From Microcoleaceae cyanobacterium (GTDB lineage Bacteria > Cyanobacteriota > Cyanobacteriia > Cyanobacteriales > Microcoleaceae), in contig JBOFUV010000115.1 of the NCBI GenBank assembly GCA_051652765.1, positions 1 through 64,000 on the forward strand: a DNA stretch of 64,000 nucleotides. The letters are read 5' to 3'. The position numbers and the translations under genes are program-made. The first letter of the stretch is position 1. Each line of letters begins with the position of its first letter. The notes beneath the pieces were generated by a model. It was not told where the DNA came from and did not search any database. It saw only the letters and a list, made by a program, of their open reading frames with translations. This document shows, one piece after another, positions 50,905 to 61,805 of this stretch.

Positions 50905-52011
50905 TTAAGGATTGACGATCATTTCCCGAACCAGTTGGGCCGTTGCCGGGGCCAAGAGAACGCCGTTACGGTAATGTCCGGTGGCCAGAAGCACGTTATC
51001 AAACCCCGGCAAGCTCTGAATCACTGGAGCCGCCTGTCCTTCGGGTCGAGGTCTGAGTCCTGACCACTGTCGAACAATTTTTGACTCTCTCAACCCTGGG
51101 CACATGGAAATGGCTTGGTTCATTACCCCGTTTAGTTTTTCAGCCTCAGCAACCCCATCTCCACTTCCCTGAAGGAATTCTACCGTTGCCCCAATCCAGT
51201 ACTCCCCCTCACGGATCGCCACAATATGAACATCTTCTCCCGTGATCACAGGTAGATTCTGGCCCAGAGAAGTCTCTAGCTGCACCTGTAAAGCTTGTCC
51301 CAACACAGGTCGAATCATTGGTGCTTGGGCGGCAAGGGGTGTTGTTCCCAGTCCAGCAGCAATCACAACCCAGTCAACCTCTAGGGTTCCGGCAGAGGTT
51401 TGGAGTTGCTGGCAAGATTGAATGTCTTGAGCAGATATAGAGTTTGTCAGAACTTGATTGCCAGATGGCAACGGCTCCACCGTCACCCCGAACTGAAACG
51501 TCGCGCCGTTGTGTTGGGCCGCTTTTACTAGGGCCAGGGTTAACACCACCGGGTCAACCTGTCGATCCTGAGGAGAATAAACCGCACCGATGACAGATTG
51601 GCAATTAATAGCAGGATATTGGGCCTGAACTTGATCTGTTGTCAACAGATGCAGCAACCAACCCTGACTCCGCCGAATTTCTACCAGGTTTTCCCAAACC
51701 CGCAAGTCTTGCCCTATAAAACAAAGGTTGAGAATTCCTTGGCGATTGTAAGGAATCTTTTGACCCGCGATCGCCTCAAGTTCGGGAATCAAAGTTTCAT
51801 AGCGCTGTAAACTGCGCGATCGCAACTCCCAAGCCCTGCCCTTGGTTTTTTGGCTGATGATCCCCACCAAAACTCCCAGAGCCGCTCCTGTGGCTGCTTG
51901 AGCTGGAGGATTTTGATCCAGGACTGTAATGTCTAAATCGGGAACTTGGCTGAGTTCGTAGGCGATCGCAGCCCCAATCACGCCACATCCAATAATTGCA
52001 ACTTTGGTCAT
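50905..52011 (-). CDS. FAD-dependent oxidoreductase (glycine oxidase / DAO family, ThiO-like)
   Basis: GCGVIG FAD motif, WSGLRP, ATGHYRNGVLLAP. Confidence 0.85.
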   Translation of the reverse strand: MTKVAIIGCGVIGAAIAYELSQVPDLDITVLDQNPPAQAATGAALGVLVGIISQKTKGRAWELRSRSLQRYETLIPELEAIAGQKIPYNRQGILNLCFIGQDLRVWENLVEIRRSQGWLLHLLTTDQVQAQYPAINCQSVIGAVYSPQDRQVDPVVLTLALVKAAQHNGATFQFGVTVEPLPSGNQVLTNSISAQDIQSCQQLQTSAGTLEVDWVVIAAGLGTTPLAAQAPMIRPVLGQALQVQLETSLGQNLPVITGEDVHIVAIREGEYWIGATVEFLQGSGDGVAEAEKLNGVMNQAISMCPGLRESKIVRQWSGLRPRPEGQAAPVIQSLPGFDNVLLATGHYRNGVLLAPATAQLVREMIVNP

Positions 52012-52216
52012 ATCGCAATCCTAAACCAATCCTGAGAAAACCAAACAGGGGTTTGGGGCCAAAATCCCCAAGAAAGGCAACGCTCCATTGCCCAAATCAT
52101 TTGGGATTGCCATACCGTCAAATTTAACGATAAGTTTACTACCCAATTTACAGGCCATTCTTGAACAACCATGAAAGAATAGGACTTAGGACTTACGATA
52201 CCAACAGACGTTAAAC

Positions 52217-53410
52217 ATGGATACAAAAGCCTTTAGACGTACCCTGCAAAAGTCAGACTCCTACCATCGCAAGGGCTTCGGTCATGAAGAAGAGGTGGCA
52301 GGCGTGATGCAGTCTGCCTATCAAAGCAATCTGATTCAAACCATTCGGGACAATCGTTATACCCTGACCGAAGGCAACGTTACGATTCATCTTGCCCAAG
52401 CCTTTGGCTTTTGTTGGGGAGTAGAACGGGCAGTGGCCATGGCCTACGAGACTCGTCAACACTTTCCGACTGAGCGGTTGTGGATTACGAACGAGATCAT
52501 TCACAATCCTTCTGTCAATCAGCATTTGCGGGATATGCAGGTGGAGTTCATTCCGATGACCGAGGGGCAAAAGGATTTCTCCAGCATTCAACCGGGGGAT
52601 GTGGTGATTCTGCCTGCGTTTGGAGCGAGTGTTCAGGAAATGCAAGTGCTGGATGACAAGGGCTGCAAAATTATAGATACCACTTGCCCTTGGGTTTCAA
52701 AAGTTTGGAACACGGTTGAAAAGCATAAAAAGAAAGATTACACCTCCATTATTCATGGCAAATACAACCATGAAGAAACCGTTGCAACTAGTTCTTTTGC
52801 CGATAAATATTTAGTTGTTTTAAATTTAGAACAAGCTGAATACGTCTGTGATTACATTCTCAGAGGAGGCAATCACGATGAATTCATCGCGCAATTTAAC
52901 AAGGCTTGTTCCCAAGGATTTAATCCCGATCAAGATTTAACCTGTGTTGGTATTGCCAATCAAACTACCATGCTCAAGAGTGAAACGGAGCAAATTGGCA
53001 AGCTGTTCGAACACACAATGATGAAGAAATACGGCCCCGATCAATTGAACGATCACTTCCAAAGTTTCAACACTATTTGTGATGCCACCCAGGAACGTCA
53101 GGATGCCATGCTAGGTCTAGTCGAGGAAAATTTGAATTTAATTATTGTGATTGGCGGGTTCAATTCTTCCAATACAACTCATCTGCAAGAAATGGCGATC
53201 GCGCGGAATATTTCCTCTTATCATATTGATGGCGTGGAACGAATTCTATCGGCTGAACAGATTGAACATAAATCGCTTGAAAAAGCCATTGAAGTCACTG
53301 AAAACTGGTTGCCCAACGGGAAAATTTCCGTTGGTGTTACTTCTGGTGCTTCTACTCCTGACAAAGTCGTTGAGGAAATTATTGCCAGGATTTTTGAGTT
53401 AAAAAATTAG
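52217..53410 (+). CDS. ispH: 4-hydroxy-3-methylbut-2-enyl diphosphate reductase
   Basis: [52 protein letters not shown]. Confidence 0.97.
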   Translation: MDTKAFRRTLQKSDSYHRKGFGHEEEVAGVMQSAYQSNLIQTIRDNRYTLTEGNVTIHLAQAFGFCWGVERAVAMAYETRQHFPTERLWITNEIIHNPSVNQHLRDMQVEFIPMTEGQKDFSSIQPGDVVILPAFGASVQEMQVLDDKGCKIIDTTCPWVSKVWNTVEKHKKKDYTSIIHGKYNHEETVATSSFADKYLVVLNLEQAEYVCDYILRGGNHDEFIAQFNKACSQGFNPDQDLTCVGIANQTTMLKSETEQIGKLFEHTMMKKYGPDQLNDHFQSFNTICDATQERQDAMLGLVEENLNLIIVIGGFNSSNTTHLQEMAIARNISSYHIDGVERILSAEQIEHKSLEKAIEVTENWLPNGKISVGVTSGASTPDKVVEEIIARIFELKN

Positions 53411-53541
53411 CGGGATAGCAACCCCAAATGGCTTGTTATAATTTGGAGTGTAGGCTTCAAGTGGCTCGGGAAAGCTGCCCAAACTAACGCGCACAATTCA
53501 AATAGGAATCCAAATTAGATTGCGATAGTAAAGAGGCAAAA

Positions 53542-54189
53542 TTGTTAAGTATAGAGCGTGCATTCAGCCAAGCCCTCATTCTAGTTCTATTCAACTTTTT
53601 GGGGAATTCTCCTGGATTAACTCAGACCGCTGTGTTAACTGAAGAAGCGTTAACCGAAGAGTTGCCTTTTCTAGAACTTGGTAAATCTCCCAAGTCCTGC
53701 TTTTCAGAAAAGGAAGAATTGCCTCCTCCGCCGTTATCCCAAACAGAACCCAGTATTCCTAATTTGTGGCTGGCAAAAGAACTTTATGGCACTGCCAGCC
53801 AACATCCAATTCCCCCTAATAATTCATCTTCTGAGATTAAAGAAAACTCCAAAAATATCATCTTGGAAACTTGGTTTATCGAGCCGAAAACCGTTCGACT
53901 TGCTCCGGGTTTAACCGTTGATAATCTTGTGACTTTGATCGTGGATCGCTATGTTTGGAGACATGAGCGTTACATGGGTCAATATGTATTTGTTCACCGT
54001 TTCGGTGCAGTGGTTCGGGACTATGGATACAATCTACGAGTTTGTAATCGTGAAGGGGATTGGTTGGCCCACTATATTTGCGACTTTGAAACAGCGCCTT
54101 TGGAATGTCGGATTCAGCTTAAAACTGATGGGCTACGAATCCGAGATTTCAAGCTATTCGAGGTCAAACCCGCTGCAGAATTGAATTGA
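53542..54189 (+). CDS. Hypothetical protein, possibly exported
   Basis: 215-aa ORF filling the gap; hydrophobic N-terminus; start uncertain. Confidence 0.6.
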   Translation: MLSIERAFSQALILVLFNFLGNSPGLTQTAVLTEEALTEELPFLELGKSPKSCFSEKEELPPPPLSQTEPSIPNLWLAKELYGTASQHPIPPNNSSSEIKENSKNIILETWFIEPKTVRLAPGLTVDNLVTLIVDRYVWRHERYMGQYVFVHRFGAVVRDYGYNLRVCNREGDWLAHYICDFETAPLECRIQLKTDGLRIRDFKLFEVKPAAELN

Positions 54190-54294
54190 ACACTTTAGGA
54201 TGGTCGCCTCGGCTGTCAACAGCAGGTAGAAACAGCGCTAGTGATTCTAGAGGTTATTGACTCTAGAAAGGCACCTTACCCGCAGTTATCAGCC

Positions 54295-55383
54295 TTAGTT
54301 GACTAAGTCAGGAAACACTTCCTGGACAGCAGGATGAATCAGTTGATGATTTTCCACATTGAGTCCCTTAGCTAGAACTGGATACAATCCTAGGGCTTTG
54401 ACTCCATGATCTGCCAGTTGGAGAACATAGGGTAAAGTGCTGTTGTTTAAGGCTTGAGTCGCTGTCCAAGGCACAGCTCCGGGCATATTGGGCACTCCGT
54501 AATGAACGACTCCGGCTTCCACATAGGTTGGGTGGGTGTGAGAAGTGGGCCGCAAGGTTTCGATACATCCCCCTTGATCTACAGCCACATCGATGATCAG
54601 CGAACGGGGCCGCATTTTAGAGACTAGGTCACGGGATACGAGGATGGGAGCCCGCCGCCCTAGAATCAACACAGAGCCAATCAGCAAATCCGCCTCTGGG
54701 ACAACCTGTTCAATGTGAGACAGATTGCTGTAGAGCAGTTCAACTCTAGACCCAAACAGGGTTTCCAAATAGGCTAACCGATCGACATTGATGTCTAAAA
54801 TTTGTACCTGTGCCCCCAAACCTACGGCAATTCGGGCCGCTTCTGTGCCAACAACACCGCCGCCCAGAATTACCACTTTTCCAGGTTTCACTCCAGGCAC
54901 CCCCCCCAACAACACACCACGTCCCCCCTGTTGCCGTTCTAAAAATCGAGCCCCAAATTGCACCGAAAGACGACCTGCAATAATACTCATCGGGGTCAGC
55001 AGGGGGAGTCTACCATCTGGAAGTTCTACGGTTTCGTAAGCGATCGCCTTTACGCCACTCTCCATTAACGCTTCAGTCAAGGTTCGATCTGCCGCCAAAT
55101 GCAGATAGGTAAATAGCAATTGTCCCTTCTGAATACAGGAATACTCTAGAGGCAGAGGTTCTTTGACTTTGACCACAAGTTCCCGATTCCAAGCCTCTGC
55201 GGGAGAATATACAATTTCAGCGCCGACTTGCAGGTAGTCTTCATCTGTAAATCCTGCTCCTTCGCCCGCTCCTGTTTGCACAAAGACCTGATGTCCTTTT
55301 TCCACGCAAACCCTGACGCTACTGGGACTCAGACCCACGCGAAATTCTTGATCCTTGATTTCCTTTGGAACACCAATTTCCAT
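54295..55383 (-). CDS. ald: Alanine dehydrogenase
   Basis: IGVPKEIK, KVKEP, FTYLHLAA, GGGVVG, DVAVDQGGC, VPNMPGAVP. Confidence 0.97.
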   Translation of the reverse strand: MEIGVPKEIKDQEFRVGLSPSSVRVCVEKGHQVFVQTGAGEGAGFTDEDYLQVGAEIVYSPAEAWNRELVVKVKEPLPLEYSCIQKGQLLFTYLHLAADRTLTEALMESGVKAIAYETVELPDGRLPLLTPMSIIAGRLSVQFGARFLERQQGGRGVLLGGVPGVKPGKVVILGGGVVGTEAARIAVGLGAQVQILDINVDRLAYLETLFGSRVELLYSNLSHIEQVVPEADLLIGSVLILGRRAPILVSRDLVSKMRPRSLIIDVAVDQGGCIETLRPTSHTHPTYVEAGVVHYGVPNMPGAVPWTATQALNNSTLPYVLQLADHGVKALGLYPVLAKGLNVENHQLIHPAVQEVFPDLVN

Positions 55384-55599
55384 CTGCGACCTCAATGACT
55401 CTGTAATTCACACTGTAATTCAAACTCCCTCTAATTTTAGGGACTTCTGAATCTGGAGTCTGAAGTCTGTCATACCTTTTCCTGTTAGCCTTTGACCCAT
55501 TTTAGAGGAGAATTTCTAGACTTAGACCCCTAGACATATGGCATCTTTCCGGTAGAATCAGAACAAAAATTAACGAATGTCAATCGAACGTCTGAAATC

Positions 55600-56964
55600 T
55601 TGGAGGCCAGTCCTATTACACTCACTGTAAATTCATCAGAACTCTCAACTGCATCCGATGCAAACCAGTCCCTCCTGAAAATTTCAGGGCGGTCTCAGCT
55701 TCAGGGACAGGTACGGATTAGTGGCGCTAAAAATGCTGCTTTAGTGATTCTTGCGGGTGCCCTTTTATGTTCCCAGGATTGTCGAATTCGCAACGTTCCT
55801 TCGTTGGTTGATGTCAACCGCATGGGCCAAATCCTCTTGGCTTTAGGAGTGAAATTACGCCAAGACAGAGACATTATAGACATCAATGCGTCTCATCTGA
55901 TTCAGTCCCAGGCTCCTTATGAGTTGGTCAGTCGATTGCGGGCTAGCTTTTTTGTGATTGGCCCTCTGTTAGCTCGGTTGGGATTTGCCAAGGTACCCTT
56001 ACCGGGTGGTTGTGCCATTGGTGCGAGACCTGTTAATCTCCATGTTCAGGGACTTCGAGCAATGGGGGCAGAGGTTCACATTGATCATGGAGTTGTTCAC
56101 GCTTGTGTTCCTGGAACCAGACGGCGGTTGCGGGGAGCCAGAATTTACTTGGATTATCCTAGTGTTGGGGCCACAGAAACCTTGATGATGGCAGCAACAC
56201 TGGCAGAGGGAGAAACAATTATTGAGAATGCTGCCCAAGAGCCAGAAGTTGTAGATCTAGCAAATTTCTGTCAAGCGATGGGGGCACGGATTCAGGGAGC
56301 TGGATCAAAAACTTTGGTTGTTTCTGGGGTTCCAGAACTCCACTCTGTTGACTATTCCATTATTCCTGACCGGATCGAGGCCGGAACATTTTTATTGGCA
56401 GGGGCGATCACCCGGTCAGACATTAATGTGTTTCCAGTGATTCCTGAACACCTCACGGCAGTTATTTCTAAGTTGCGGAAGATGGGGGTACAGATCACTC
56501 CAGATGCCAATCAGAATTTGCGGGTGAATGCCACGGGGGAATCGCTGATTGCAACGGATATTGAGACCTTGCCCTATCCTGGTTTTCCCACGGACATGCA
56601 GGCTCCTTTTATGTCGCTATTGACCTTGTGTGAAGGGAATAGCTTGATTACTGAAACGGTGTTTGAAAACCGTTTAAACCATGTGCCGGAGTTGAATCGG
56701 ATGGGGGCAGATATTCGAGTCAAGGGGAATACAGCAATTGTTCGAGGGGTATCAACGTTGTCGGGTGCTCCGGTGATTGGTTCAGATCTGCGGGCTTCGG
56801 CTGCCCTTGTAATTGCCGCACTGGCCGCCAATGGCACAACTACGATTCAGGGGCTGCAACACTTAGATCGGGGCTATGAAAATATCGAACAAAAGTTGCG
56901 GCAGTTGGGGGCAAGGGTTGAGCGGATTCAAGCAGAGATAGACCCTCAAACGGTTAAAGTCTAA
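55600..56964 (+). CDS. murA: UDP-N-acetylglucosamine 1-carboxyvinyltransferase
   Basis: [51 protein letters not shown]. Confidence 0.97.
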   Translation: MEASPITLTVNSSELSTASDANQSLLKISGRSQLQGQVRISGAKNAALVILAGALLCSQDCRIRNVPSLVDVNRMGQILLALGVKLRQDRDIIDINASHLIQSQAPYELVSRLRASFFVIGPLLARLGFAKVPLPGGCAIGARPVNLHVQGLRAMGAEVHIDHGVVHACVPGTRRRLRGARIYLDYPSVGATETLMMAATLAEGETIIENAAQEPEVVDLANFCQAMGARIQGAGSKTLVVSGVPELHSVDYSIIPDRIEAGTFLLAGAITRSDINVFPVIPEHLTAVISKLRKMGVQITPDANQNLRVNATGESLIATDIETLPYPGFPTDMQAPFMSLLTLCEGNSLITETVFENRLNHVPELNRMGADIRVKGNTAIVRGVSTLSGAPVIGSDLRASAALVIAALAANGTTTIQGLQHLDRGYENIEQKLRQLGARVERIQAEIDPQTVKV

Positions 56965-57200
56965 CTAAAGTCAATCTCTGGCATATTCTGGCTGAATTGG
57001 CCTATCTTAAAAGATAAGTTGTGAATTCTGGGCTCCTCTCTAGTTTCCGGTTGTGGTTTGGCAGTTGACTCCCCTCCAACTTTAGGAATGGGGAAAATAG
57101 TAAGCTGTGGTCATTTTGAACAGCAAACTTGAACAGCAAACTTGAACAGGCCGTTACAGCAATTCACAGCTTGTAGTCTCTCTCGGTAATTTCTTTCATC

Positions 57201-58076
57201 ATGTCTTTTTCCCCAGTTCCCTTGATGGGTTTGAAAGCCGATCATTTCCGTCATCCCCTGGATTTTCAAGCGACAACTGCCCTAAAACAAATGCCGGGGC
57301 TAGATATTTTAGTTAGACAGCTCTTGGGCAACTTAGGGGAACAGTTTTTTTATCTAGAAAATATCGCGTCCAGCATTTTGGTGGGCGAGCAACAGCTCCC
57401 GGAGCTACATCGACTGTTACTTGATGCCTGCAAAGTTCTAGACCTTGATCCGCCTCAGCTTTATGTTCGCCAGAATCCAGTCCCAAATGCCTACACCTTT
57501 GCGATGCGGGGTCAACGTCCTTTTATTGTGTTGCATACTGCTCTGATTGAATTGTTGACCCCTGATGAAATCCAAGCGGTCATTGCCCATGAGCTGGGAC
57601 ACCTCAAGTGTGAGCACGGGGTTTACTTAACCTTGGCCAATCTCCTCATTGTGGCGGCAGGGCAACTTTCTCCTATTGGAGCAGTTTTAATGCAGGGTTT
57701 TCAGGCTCAGATCTTGGAGTGGGTGCGGTGTGCGGAGTTTACTTGCGATCGCGCTGCCCTACTGGCCACTCAAAATCCTAGGGTGGTGATGTCACTTCTG
57801 ATGAAGCTATCTGGAGGTTCTCCAAGTCTGGTATCTCAGCTCAATTTGGATGCATTTTTGGCCCAAGCCCGAGCCTACGATGAGATGAGTGGCACTGAAT
57901 TGGGAGACATGCTGAAGCAGGCCCAAACGGCCCAATTGTCCCATCCCCTCCCTGTCCTGCGAGCGCGGGAGATTGAGCGGTGGTCTAGTACGCCTGATTA
58001 TCACCGCTTGTTAAAAGGGGACTTAGATGTGTATACTGAGAAAGTTAACCACCAGGGCGGGTGGCGGAATTGGTAG
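57201..58076 (+). CDS. M48 family Zn-metallopeptidase
   Basis: PNAYT, AHELGH, AEFTCDRA, SHPLP. Confidence 0.9.
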   Translation: MSFSPVPLMGLKADHFRHPLDFQATTALKQMPGLDILVRQLLGNLGEQFFYLENIASSILVGEQQLPELHRLLLDACKVLDLDPPQLYVRQNPVPNAYTFAMRGQRPFIVLHTALIELLTPDEIQAVIAHELGHLKCEHGVYLTLANLLIVAAGQLSPIGAVLMQGFQAQILEWVRCAEFTCDRAALLATQNPRVVMSLLMKLSGGSPSLVSQLNLDAFLAQARAYDEMSGTELGDMLKQAQTAQLSHPLPVLRAREIERWSSTPDYHRLLKGDLDVYTEKVNHQGGWRNW

Positions 58077-58136
58077 ACGCACCACACTCAAAATGTGGCG
58101 ACTTCGGTCGTGAGAGTTCGAGTCTCTCTCCGCCCA
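58055..58136 (+). tRNA. tRNA-Leu (anticodon CAA)
   Basis: GGGCGGGTGGCGGAATTGGTAGACGC-ACCACA CTCAAAA TGTGG-long variable arm CGACTTCGGTCG-TGAGAGTTCGAGTCTCTC-TCCGCCCA. Confidence 0.96.
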
Positions 58137-58214
58137 TACTTAACCTTAGTATTTCGCAGTTTTCAGCAGGTTCCTGTCTGATTGAGTCTTATACTGTACT
58201 GGAGCACCTGCAAT

Positions 58215-58853
58215 ATGTTATTGAACCTGCAACAGTTAACGGTGCCGCCAGGAAGTCATTTTTTGCTGCACAATATCAGTTGGCAAGATTTTGAGCAAAT
58301 TCTAGAGGACTTGGGGGAACATCGTTCCGCTCGAATTGCTTATGAACACGGAATTTTAGAAATTATGGTTCCTCTATCTGAGCATGAGATTGGGAAGGTG
58401 ATCATTGGAGATTTAGTGAAAGCATTACTTGAGGAGCTTGAGATTGATTTTTGGTCATTAGGTTCAACCACGTTCAAGAGTCCTGAAATGTTTAAAGGAA
58501 TTGAACCTGATGATTGTTTTTATATCGAACAGGAAGCTAAAATACGCAGTCAAGATCGAATTGACCTAACCGTTGACCCTCCTCCGGACTTGGCGATTGA
58601 AATTGACGTGACCTCTCGGACTCATTCTAGTATTTATGAAACTTTAAACGTTTCTGAGCTTTGGCGCTTTGAGAAAGGCAAGCTTCAGATTAATGTCTTG
58701 CAAGCTGGAAAGTACGTTGAAGTTGAATATAGCCCACACTTTCCGGGTTTTCCGCTCAAATCAATGATTCCTGAATATTTACAACGCTGCAAAACCGACG
58801 GTAGAAATAAAACTATGAAAGCCTTTCGAAGTTGGATTAGAAGTATTCAATGA
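58215..58853 (+). CDS. Uma2 family putative restriction endonuclease-like protein
   Basis: ISWQDFE, LEIMVP..EHE, LGSTTF, EPDDCFYI, PPPDLAIEIDVTS. Confidence 0.9.
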   Translation: MLLNLQQLTVPPGSHFLLHNISWQDFEQILEDLGEHRSARIAYEHGILEIMVPLSEHEIGKVIIGDLVKALLEELEIDFWSLGSTTFKSPEMFKGIEPDDCFYIEQEAKIRSQDRIDLTVDPPPDLAIEIDVTSRTHSSIYETLNVSELWRFEKGKLQINVLQAGKYVEVEYSPHFPGFPLKSMIPEYLQRCKTDGRNKTMKAFRSWIRSIQ

Positions 58854-59185
58854 CAGAGGTTACCTCTGCAGACTTTGATCAAATTGAGATTCGAGTTGGC
58901 AGAATTATTCGGGCAGAGCCCTTTCCTGAAGCTCGAAAACCCGCCTACAAACTTTGGATTGATTTCGGTGAATTGGGGGTAAAAAGATCCAGTGCTGGAT
59001 TAACGACGCTTTATCAACCTGAAGCATTGGTGAACAAACAAATTCTAGCTGTGACCAACTTCCCACCCAAACAAGTTGCCAATTTCATCTCCGAGGTCTT
59101 GGTTTTGGGAGTTGTTTTAGATCAAGGGGCGGTGGTGCTCGTTCATCCGGATCAAGAGGTTCCTCTGGGAAAAAGGATCTTGTAA
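58850..59185 (+). CDS. csaA: tRNA-binding / secretion chaperone CsaA
   Basis: IRVGRI, FPEARKPAYKLWIDFG, VTNFPPKQVANFISEVLVLG. Confidence 0.9.
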   Translation: MTEVTSADFDQIEIRVGRIIRAEPFPEARKPAYKLWIDFGELGVKRSSAGLTTLYQPEALVNKQILAVTNFPPKQVANFISEVLVLGVVLDQGAVVLVHPDQEVPLGKRIL

Positions 59186-59370
59186 CTAACTTTTCTGATG
59201 AACTAACCGATCAGGCAAGGTTAACCGTTAAGTCAGTCGGCATGATTCAGTAGAAGACCTCCTGTAGTCTCCCTTGGCAAAGGAGACGGCGATCGCTGGG
59301 TTAGGCAAAGGCTTCAAGTTCAAATCTTCAAGTTCAAATACAAGAGTTCAAATACAAGAGTTTACTGACT

Positions 59371-59679
59371 TCACAACATCCACTCCGAGGCTCTTGAACC
59401 TAGGTTTAAAGGGACATTTACGGCCTTTCCGAGTCGGGGTTTTTCCCGAGTGTTGCAGATGAAGACTTTTACCTGTTCAGCGCTATCCCAACTATTCAGA
59501 TGTTCAGTCACTGCGTCTAAATGGGCAAGGTAGTCCGCTTGGCTCATGGGAAAAGAGGCTTGCTCCACATACTTCCACATAATTTGGAGGAAAATCTTAT
59601 CGGAGGCACGGCGCAACTGAACATCATAGGAAACGCCCCACTTATCAAGCAATAGTTGCTGAAGATCTTGACCTGTCAT
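59371..59679 (-). CDS. DUF3067 family protein
   Basis: KWGVSYDVQL, LQIMWKYVEQASFP, PRLGKAV, RASEW; AGGAG RBS. Confidence 0.85.
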   Translation of the reverse strand: MTGQDLQQLLLDKWGVSYDVQLRRASDKIFLQIMWKYVEQASFPMSQADYLAHLDAVTEHLNSWDSAEQVKVFICNTREKPRLGKAVNVPLNLGSRASEWML

Positions 59680-59702
59680 AAATAGCTCCTCAATCACTAA
59701 AA

Positions 59703-59720
59703 TTTACATTTCGTCACAAT
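59703..59720 (+). promoter_or_regulatory. Possible HLR1-like site in the DUF3067/petC divergent promoter
   Basis: TTTACATT-tc-GTCACAAT. Confidence 0.35.
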
Positions 59721-59897
59721 AAAAGAAGAAGTTAAAAAATGTAATAATACTGTCAGAATCAATGTTTTACCAAGTGGTTTCCCGATTGGGTTTTGCTAAA
59801 GATCGTCGGTTTCATCTGTCACCTTCAGCAATCTGCAATTTATTCGACTCCCACTTTGCTAAGAAAAGTAACATAAGACTCATAAACTCCGTCAACC

Positions 59898-60437
59898 ATG
59901 ACTCAACTTTCTCAGACACCAGATGTTCCCGGAATGGGTCGTCGCCAATTCATGAACTTGCTGACCTTTGGTTCAGCCGCAGGGGTTGCTGCAGGAGCAC
60001 TGTATCCCTTCATCAAGTATTTTGTCCCGACTTCCAGCGGTAACGCAGGGGGTGGTGTGACGGCGAAGGATGCCCTGGGTAACGATATCGTTGTCAGTAC
60101 ATTCCTCGCTAGCCATCAACCCGGCGATCACGTGTTGGCTCAGGGCTTAAAGGGCGACCCAACTTATCTCATCGTTGAGAATGATGGCACCCTTGCCAGT
60201 TTTGGCCTCAATGCTGTATGTACCCATTTGGGTTGCGTTGTTCCCTGGAACAGCGGCGAGGGCAAGTTTATGTGCCCTTGCCATGGTTCTCAGTATAATG
60301 CTGAAGGCAAAGTTGTTCGAGGGCCTGCTCCTTTGTCCTTGGCCTTGGCCCATGCTGAAGTTGCAAATGACAGGGTTGGCTTTACCACCTGGACAGAAAC
60401 TGACTTCCGCACAAATGAAAATCCTTGGTGGGCTTAG
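59898..60437 (+). CDS. petC: Cytochrome b6f Rieske Fe-S subunit
   Basis: Tat motif RRQFMN, CTHLGC, CPCHGS, GPAP. Confidence 0.98.
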   Translation: MTQLSQTPDVPGMGRRQFMNLLTFGSAAGVAAGALYPFIKYFVPTSSGNAGGGVTAKDALGNDIVVSTFLASHQPGDHVLAQGLKGDPTYLIVENDGTLASFGLNAVCTHLGCVVPWNSGEGKFMCPCHGSQYNAEGKVVRGPAPLSLALAHAEVANDRVGFTTWTETDFRTNENPWWA

Positions 60438-60577
60438 GTAGATTTTTGATTCAGGATTCTAGGCTTTAGGGTTTGATCTCAAGTTTAGGTTAAATGTTTG
60501 AACTTGGCGTTCAACCTCACAATTTTAGTGTCCATAACTCATTAACGATTGATTCAGAGAGAGATAAAGTTATTCAG

Positions 60578-61564
60578 ATGTCAAAGCTTGACTCCTTTAC
60601 AACCCAATTCTGCAATGCCCAAGCATTGCGAAAGTTGACCTTGATTCTGGTTGCAACTGTAACCCTGTTCTTCGCTAACGATCTTTTACTTCCGCAAAGT
60701 GCTGCTGCCTATCCATTCTGGGCCCAACAAACTGCGCCAGAAACGCCCCGTGAAGCCACAGGGCGAATTGTTTGTGCTAATTGCCACTTAGGGGTTAAAC
60801 CCACTGAGGTTGAAATTCCCCAGTCTGTTCTGCCTGACACGGTATTCAAAGCCATTGTCAAGATCCCCTATGACCTCACCGCTCAGCAAGTGTTGGGAGA
60901 TGGTAGCAAAGGGGGTTTGAATGTTGGGGCGGTCTTGATGCTCCCTGAAGGCTTTAAAATTGCTCCTCCTGAGCGAATTTCAGAAGAACTGAAGGAAGAA
61001 GTTGGCGATCTCTATTTCCAGACCTATCGCGAAGATCAGGAGAATGTCGTTCTGGTTGGCCCTCTGCCAGGGGAACAGTATCAAGAGATTGTCTTCCCGG
61101 TTCTGTCTCCTGACCCACGCACAGATTCCTCCGCTCACTTTGGCAAGTATGCAGTGCATGTTGGGGGCAACCGAGGTCGAGGCCAAGTTTACCCCGCCGG
61201 AAATGCTAGCAATAATGCTGTTTACAAGTCTCCGATCGCAGGAACTGTCAGCAAAATTGCGAAGGAAGAAGAAGGCTACCAAGTGACCGTTTTATCTGCT
61301 GATGGCAAAGAGGTGATGGAAACGATTCCCCTTGGCCCTGAGCTGATTGTTGTTGAGGGACAAGCAGTGGAAGCCGCTGAACCCTTAACCAATAATCCTA
61401 ATGTAGGCGGTTTTGGTCAGGATGATGGTGAAATTGTTTTACAGAGCGCGACTCGGATTCAGTGGCTCTTGGGATTCTTTGCCCTAGTGATGCTGACTCA
61501 GATCTTCTTGGCGCTCAAGAAGAAGCAAGTCGAAAAAGTTCAGGCTGCTGAGATGAACTTTTAA
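60578..61564 (+). CDS. petA: Apocytochrome f
   Basis: [23 protein letters not shown]-terminal TM and KKKQVEKVQ; start placed at MSKLD. Confidence 0.97.
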   Translation: MSKLDSFTTQFCNAQALRKLTLILVATVTLFFANDLLLPQSAAAYPFWAQQTAPETPREATGRIVCANCHLGVKPTEVEIPQSVLPDTVFKAIVKIPYDLTAQQVLGDGSKGGLNVGAVLMLPEGFKIAPPERISEELKEEVGDLYFQTYREDQENVVLVGPLPGEQYQEIVFPVLSPDPRTDSSAHFGKYAVHVGGNRGRGQVYPAGNASNNAVYKSPIAGTVSKIAKEEEGYQVTVLSADGKEVMETIPLGPELIVVEGQAVEAAEPLTNNPNVGGFGQDDGEIVLQSATRIQWLLGFFALVMLTQIFLALKKKQVEKVQAAEMNF

Positions 61565-61591
61565 ACCTGGCCAACATTGACGTTATCCTTC

Positions 61592-61646
61592 GAGGAGTAA
61601 ACGATTGGTTGTGAAGGAATGCTTCATCGCTAATAGTTTACTCCTC
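61592..61646 (+). terminator. Long stem-loop at the 3' end of petCA
   Basis: GAGGAGTAAAC...TGAAG-gaatg-CTTCA...GTTTACTCCTC: perfect 11-bp outer stem plus inner pairing, followed by AACTTTT. Confidence 0.6.
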
Positions 61647-61669
61647 AACTTTTAGAACGTTATTTTCTA

Positions 61670-61717
61670 AAGTAACTTTAGAAGTAACTTTAGAAGTAAC
61701 TTTAGAAGTAACTTTAG
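61670..61717. repeat. Four perfect copies of the 12-bp unit AAGTAACTTTAG
   Basis: Read directly from the sequence. Confidence 0.9.
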
Positions 61718-61805
61718 AAAGTCAAATTCAAGGTTTGACAGAGAGATTTAAGATCAGTTCTTAGAATTAAGCTCTAGAATTAAGCTTTAGGATTGAGCTC
61801 AAGGC

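Noticed and set aside
58061..58294. 77-aa ORF MAELVDAPHSK...
   Set aside because: It is a translation of the tRNA-Leu sequence, a common false ORF.
58136..59185. Integrative element at tRNA-Leu (Uma2 gene downstream)
   Set aside because: I saw no integrase and no duplicated tRNA 3' end; Uma2 genes are common scattered paralogues in cyanobacteria.
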